A stretch of 64,000 bases of DNA from Nitrospirales bacterium (lineage in GTDB: Bacteria; Nitrospirota; Nitrospiria; Nitrospirales; UBA8639). The DNA lies in the NCBI GenBank assembly GCA_963422365.1, contig OY729426.1:1376001-1440000 (forward strand). Reading direction: 5' to 3'. Position numbers and translations under genes: made by a program. The notes under the pieces were generated by a model. It was not told where the DNA came from. It made no database searches and saw nothing but the letters and a program-made list of their open reading frames with translations. The first letter of the stretch is position 1. Each line of letters opens with the position of its first letter. Below, one piece after another: positions 62,054 through 64,000 of the stretch.

Positions 62054-64000
62054 TCAATGAAACATGACGGTTTCTTTTCCGAGAATTTGCTCCACTTCAT
62101 ACACCAAGTTCGAATTCGGCAAGACGGTTAAATTCCGCAACGGGGAGCTTTCCGCTCGAACCTGGGAATCGAGATGGAATTGAAAGGCGATCGGGACCGG
62201 CCCCGGGTGACGGTGTAACACTTCTTGCAGTTTGGGCAGCTTGTCCCATGTTTCCGGCGTTTCCGTCAGGCGCACCATGACCCGTTTCACCGTTCTGGTT
62301 TGTACGTCGTGCAGGGGCTCCAGTTTAGTGGCCTTGAGCCGAGCGCCCGTATCCATATGATCCACTGTGCCCATCGCTTGGATCACGGTATCCGCATGCA
62401 GGAATTCGGAACAATTTTGAAAGAGTTCAGGAAACACGATGACTTCGACCAAGCCGAGCAGGTCTTCCAATTGGACGTAGGCCATCCGCTTGCCTTTTTT
62501 GGTGGTGGTGGCTTTGATGCTGCCGATCACGCCGCAGATTTTGACTTCTTGGCCTTCGGTCGCCTCGTGTAAGGTGGCCGTGGTATGCGTCGACAGCAAG
62601 CGAATGGCTTCGGCGTGTTGGGTCAACGGATGGGCGGTGATATAGAACCCGGTGAGTTCTCGTTCAAATTGGAGGATTTGGGCTTGCTGCCATTCGTCAA
62701 TCGGGGGAAGCGGTCGAGCGAAGGCATGTGCGTCCGAGGAAGCGGTCTCCGCTTCAAAGACCTCGAACAATGAAGTCTGCCCAAGGGCTCGCTCCTGTTG
62801 AAGGGCGTTGGCTTCATCCAGTGTTTGTTCCATCACCGCCATCAATTGCGCCCGTTTGGTCCCCATGGAGTCAAAGGCCCCAACCTTGATCAAGCCTTCC
62901 AGCACGCGCTTGTTGACTTTTTGTATATCGATTCGGCAACAAAAATCGAAAAAAGACGAGAAGGGTTCCTCTGCTTCTCGACGCGTGATGATGGATTCAA
63001 TTGCACTGCCTCCGACGTTTTTGATGGCCGCTAGCCCAAATCGAATCCCTCCCTCTACGATGGTAAAGTTTTTCTGGCTCTCATTCACGTCAGGGGGGAG
63101 GATGGGAATCCCGCGTTCACGACATTCGGTAAAATAGCCTACCATCTTATCCGTATTCCCCATTTCACTCGTGAGTAACGCGGCCATAAATTCAGTGGGA
63201 TGATGGGCTTTCAAGTATGCCGTTTGGAACGTCACCAGGGCATAGGCTGCCGAATGGGATTTATTGAATCCATACCCGGCAAAGTAGGCCATTTGGTCAA
63301 AGATGGTTTCTGCTTTCTTTCTCGTAAAGCCATTGGTCTTGGCCCCGTCGAGAAACCGTTCTTTTTGCTTGGCCATCTCATCATGCTTTTTCTTCCCCAT
63401 GGCCCGACGGAGCAAATCGGCTTGCCCTAAACTGAACCCAGCCATGCGATTGGCAATGGCCATGACTTGCTCTTGATAGACGATGACCCCGTGGGTTTCT
63501 TTGAGAATGGATTCCAACTCTGGAGGGTCGTACGCAATTTTCGAGGGATCGTGTTTACGTTTGATAAAGTCTTCCACCATGCCGCTTTCCAAGGGCCCGG
63601 GCCGATAGAGGGCGAGGATCGCGATGAGATCTTCAAAGCATTCCGGTTTAATGCGGACCAATAAATTGCGCATGCCTGAACTTTCCAGTTGAAAGATCCC
63701 TGAGGTTTTGCCAGAGGCTAGGAGGGCATAGGTCTGTGCGTCATTCGGCGGAAGCCGTTCAATATCGAGCTGTTCTTCAGGGGCCCGTTGTTGGTTCACC
63801 ATGGTCACGGCCTGATGCATCATGGTGAGGGTTTTCAGCCCGAGAAAATCAAACTTCACCAAGCCCACTTTTTCGATGTCCGTCATCGAATATTGCGTGA
63901 CGATTTCGTCATTGGCCGTTTTATACAACGGCACGTGTTCGATCAGGGGTTTCTGTGAAATCACCACCCCCGCCGCATGCGTGGAGGCATGTCGCGCCAA
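62054..64000 (-). CDS. dnaE: DNA polymerase III alpha subunit, 3' part
   Basis: KFDFLGL, ALYRPGP, YGFNKSHSAAY, OB fold; start lies beyond the window. Confidence 0.98.
   Translation of the reverse strand: MARHASTHAAGVVISQKPLIEHVPLYKTANDEIVTQYSMTDIEKVGLVKFDFLGLKTLTMMHQAVTMVNQQRAPEEQLDIERLPPNDAQTYALLASGKTSGIFQLESSGMRNLLVRIKPECFEDLIAILALYRPGPLESGMVEDFIKRKHDPSKIAYDPPELESILKETHGVIVYQEQVMAIANRMAGFSLGQADLLRRAMGKKKHDEMAKQKERFLDGAKTNGFTRKKAETIFDQMAYFAGYGFNKSHSAAYALVTFQTAYLKAHHPTEFMAALLTSEMGNTDKMVGYFTECRERGIPILPPDVNESQKNFTIVEGGIRFGLAAIKNVGGSAIESIITRREAEEPFSSFFDFCCRIDIQKVNKRVLEGLIKVGAFDSMGTKRAQLMAVMEQTLDEANALQQERALGQTSLFEVFEAETASSDAHAFARPLPPIDEWQQAQILQFERELTGFYITAHPLTQHAEAIRLLSTHTTATLHEATEGQEVKICGVIGSIKATTTKKGKRMAYVQLEDLLGLVEVIVFPELFQNCSEFLHADTVIQAMGTVDHMDTGARLKATKLEPLHDVQTRTVKRVMVRLTETPETWDKLPKLQEVLHRHPGPVPIAFQFHLDSQVRAESSPLRNLTVLPNSNLVYEVEQILGKETVMFH

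Noticed and set aside
1..64000. tRNA, rRNA or riboswitch genes
   Set aside because: None recognised by eye; the intergenic hairpins fit dispersed repeats. An Rfam scan would be needed to exclude them.

Overview
Bacterial chromosomal window, probably Nitrospirota (inferred from gene set and order only). The intact housekeeping backbone is rplI-glyA-nrdR, a two-component pair, addBA, lgt, mrp, lipA, an opp-type ABC transporter, a MEMO-family protein, a cyclophilin, a peroxiredoxin, scpAB, an FAD/Fe-S oxidoreductase, accA and dnaE. Three accessory regions interrupt it. (1) About 5.4-9.7 kb: a decayed minus-strand operon that reads as a long prokaryotic Argonaute (N-terminus cut near an ISNCY/IS1202-like transposase remnant, most of PIWI deleted), translationally coupled to a small helical protein and a HExxH metallopeptidase-like protein, followed by a hicB pseudogene. 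This is my best candidate for an undescribed system. (2) About 20.8-39.3 kb: a GC-rich surface-glycosylation island with the polyprenyl-phospho-arabinose pathway (ubiA-like, dprE1-like, dprE2-like) bracketing several GT-C-like membrane glycosyltransferases. All of these end in the same unnamed ~110-aa two-cysteine domain. The island carries homopolymer tracts (C22, G10), a duplication at a ~6.4-kb offset and repeated dprE2 head fragments. (3) About 47.0-49.6 kb: decayed toxin-antitoxin genes and a HATPase-STAS(DUF4325)-PIN triplet. Dispersed palindromic REP/MITE-like repeats lie between genes. All family calls come from motif recognition by eye; no database searches were run.
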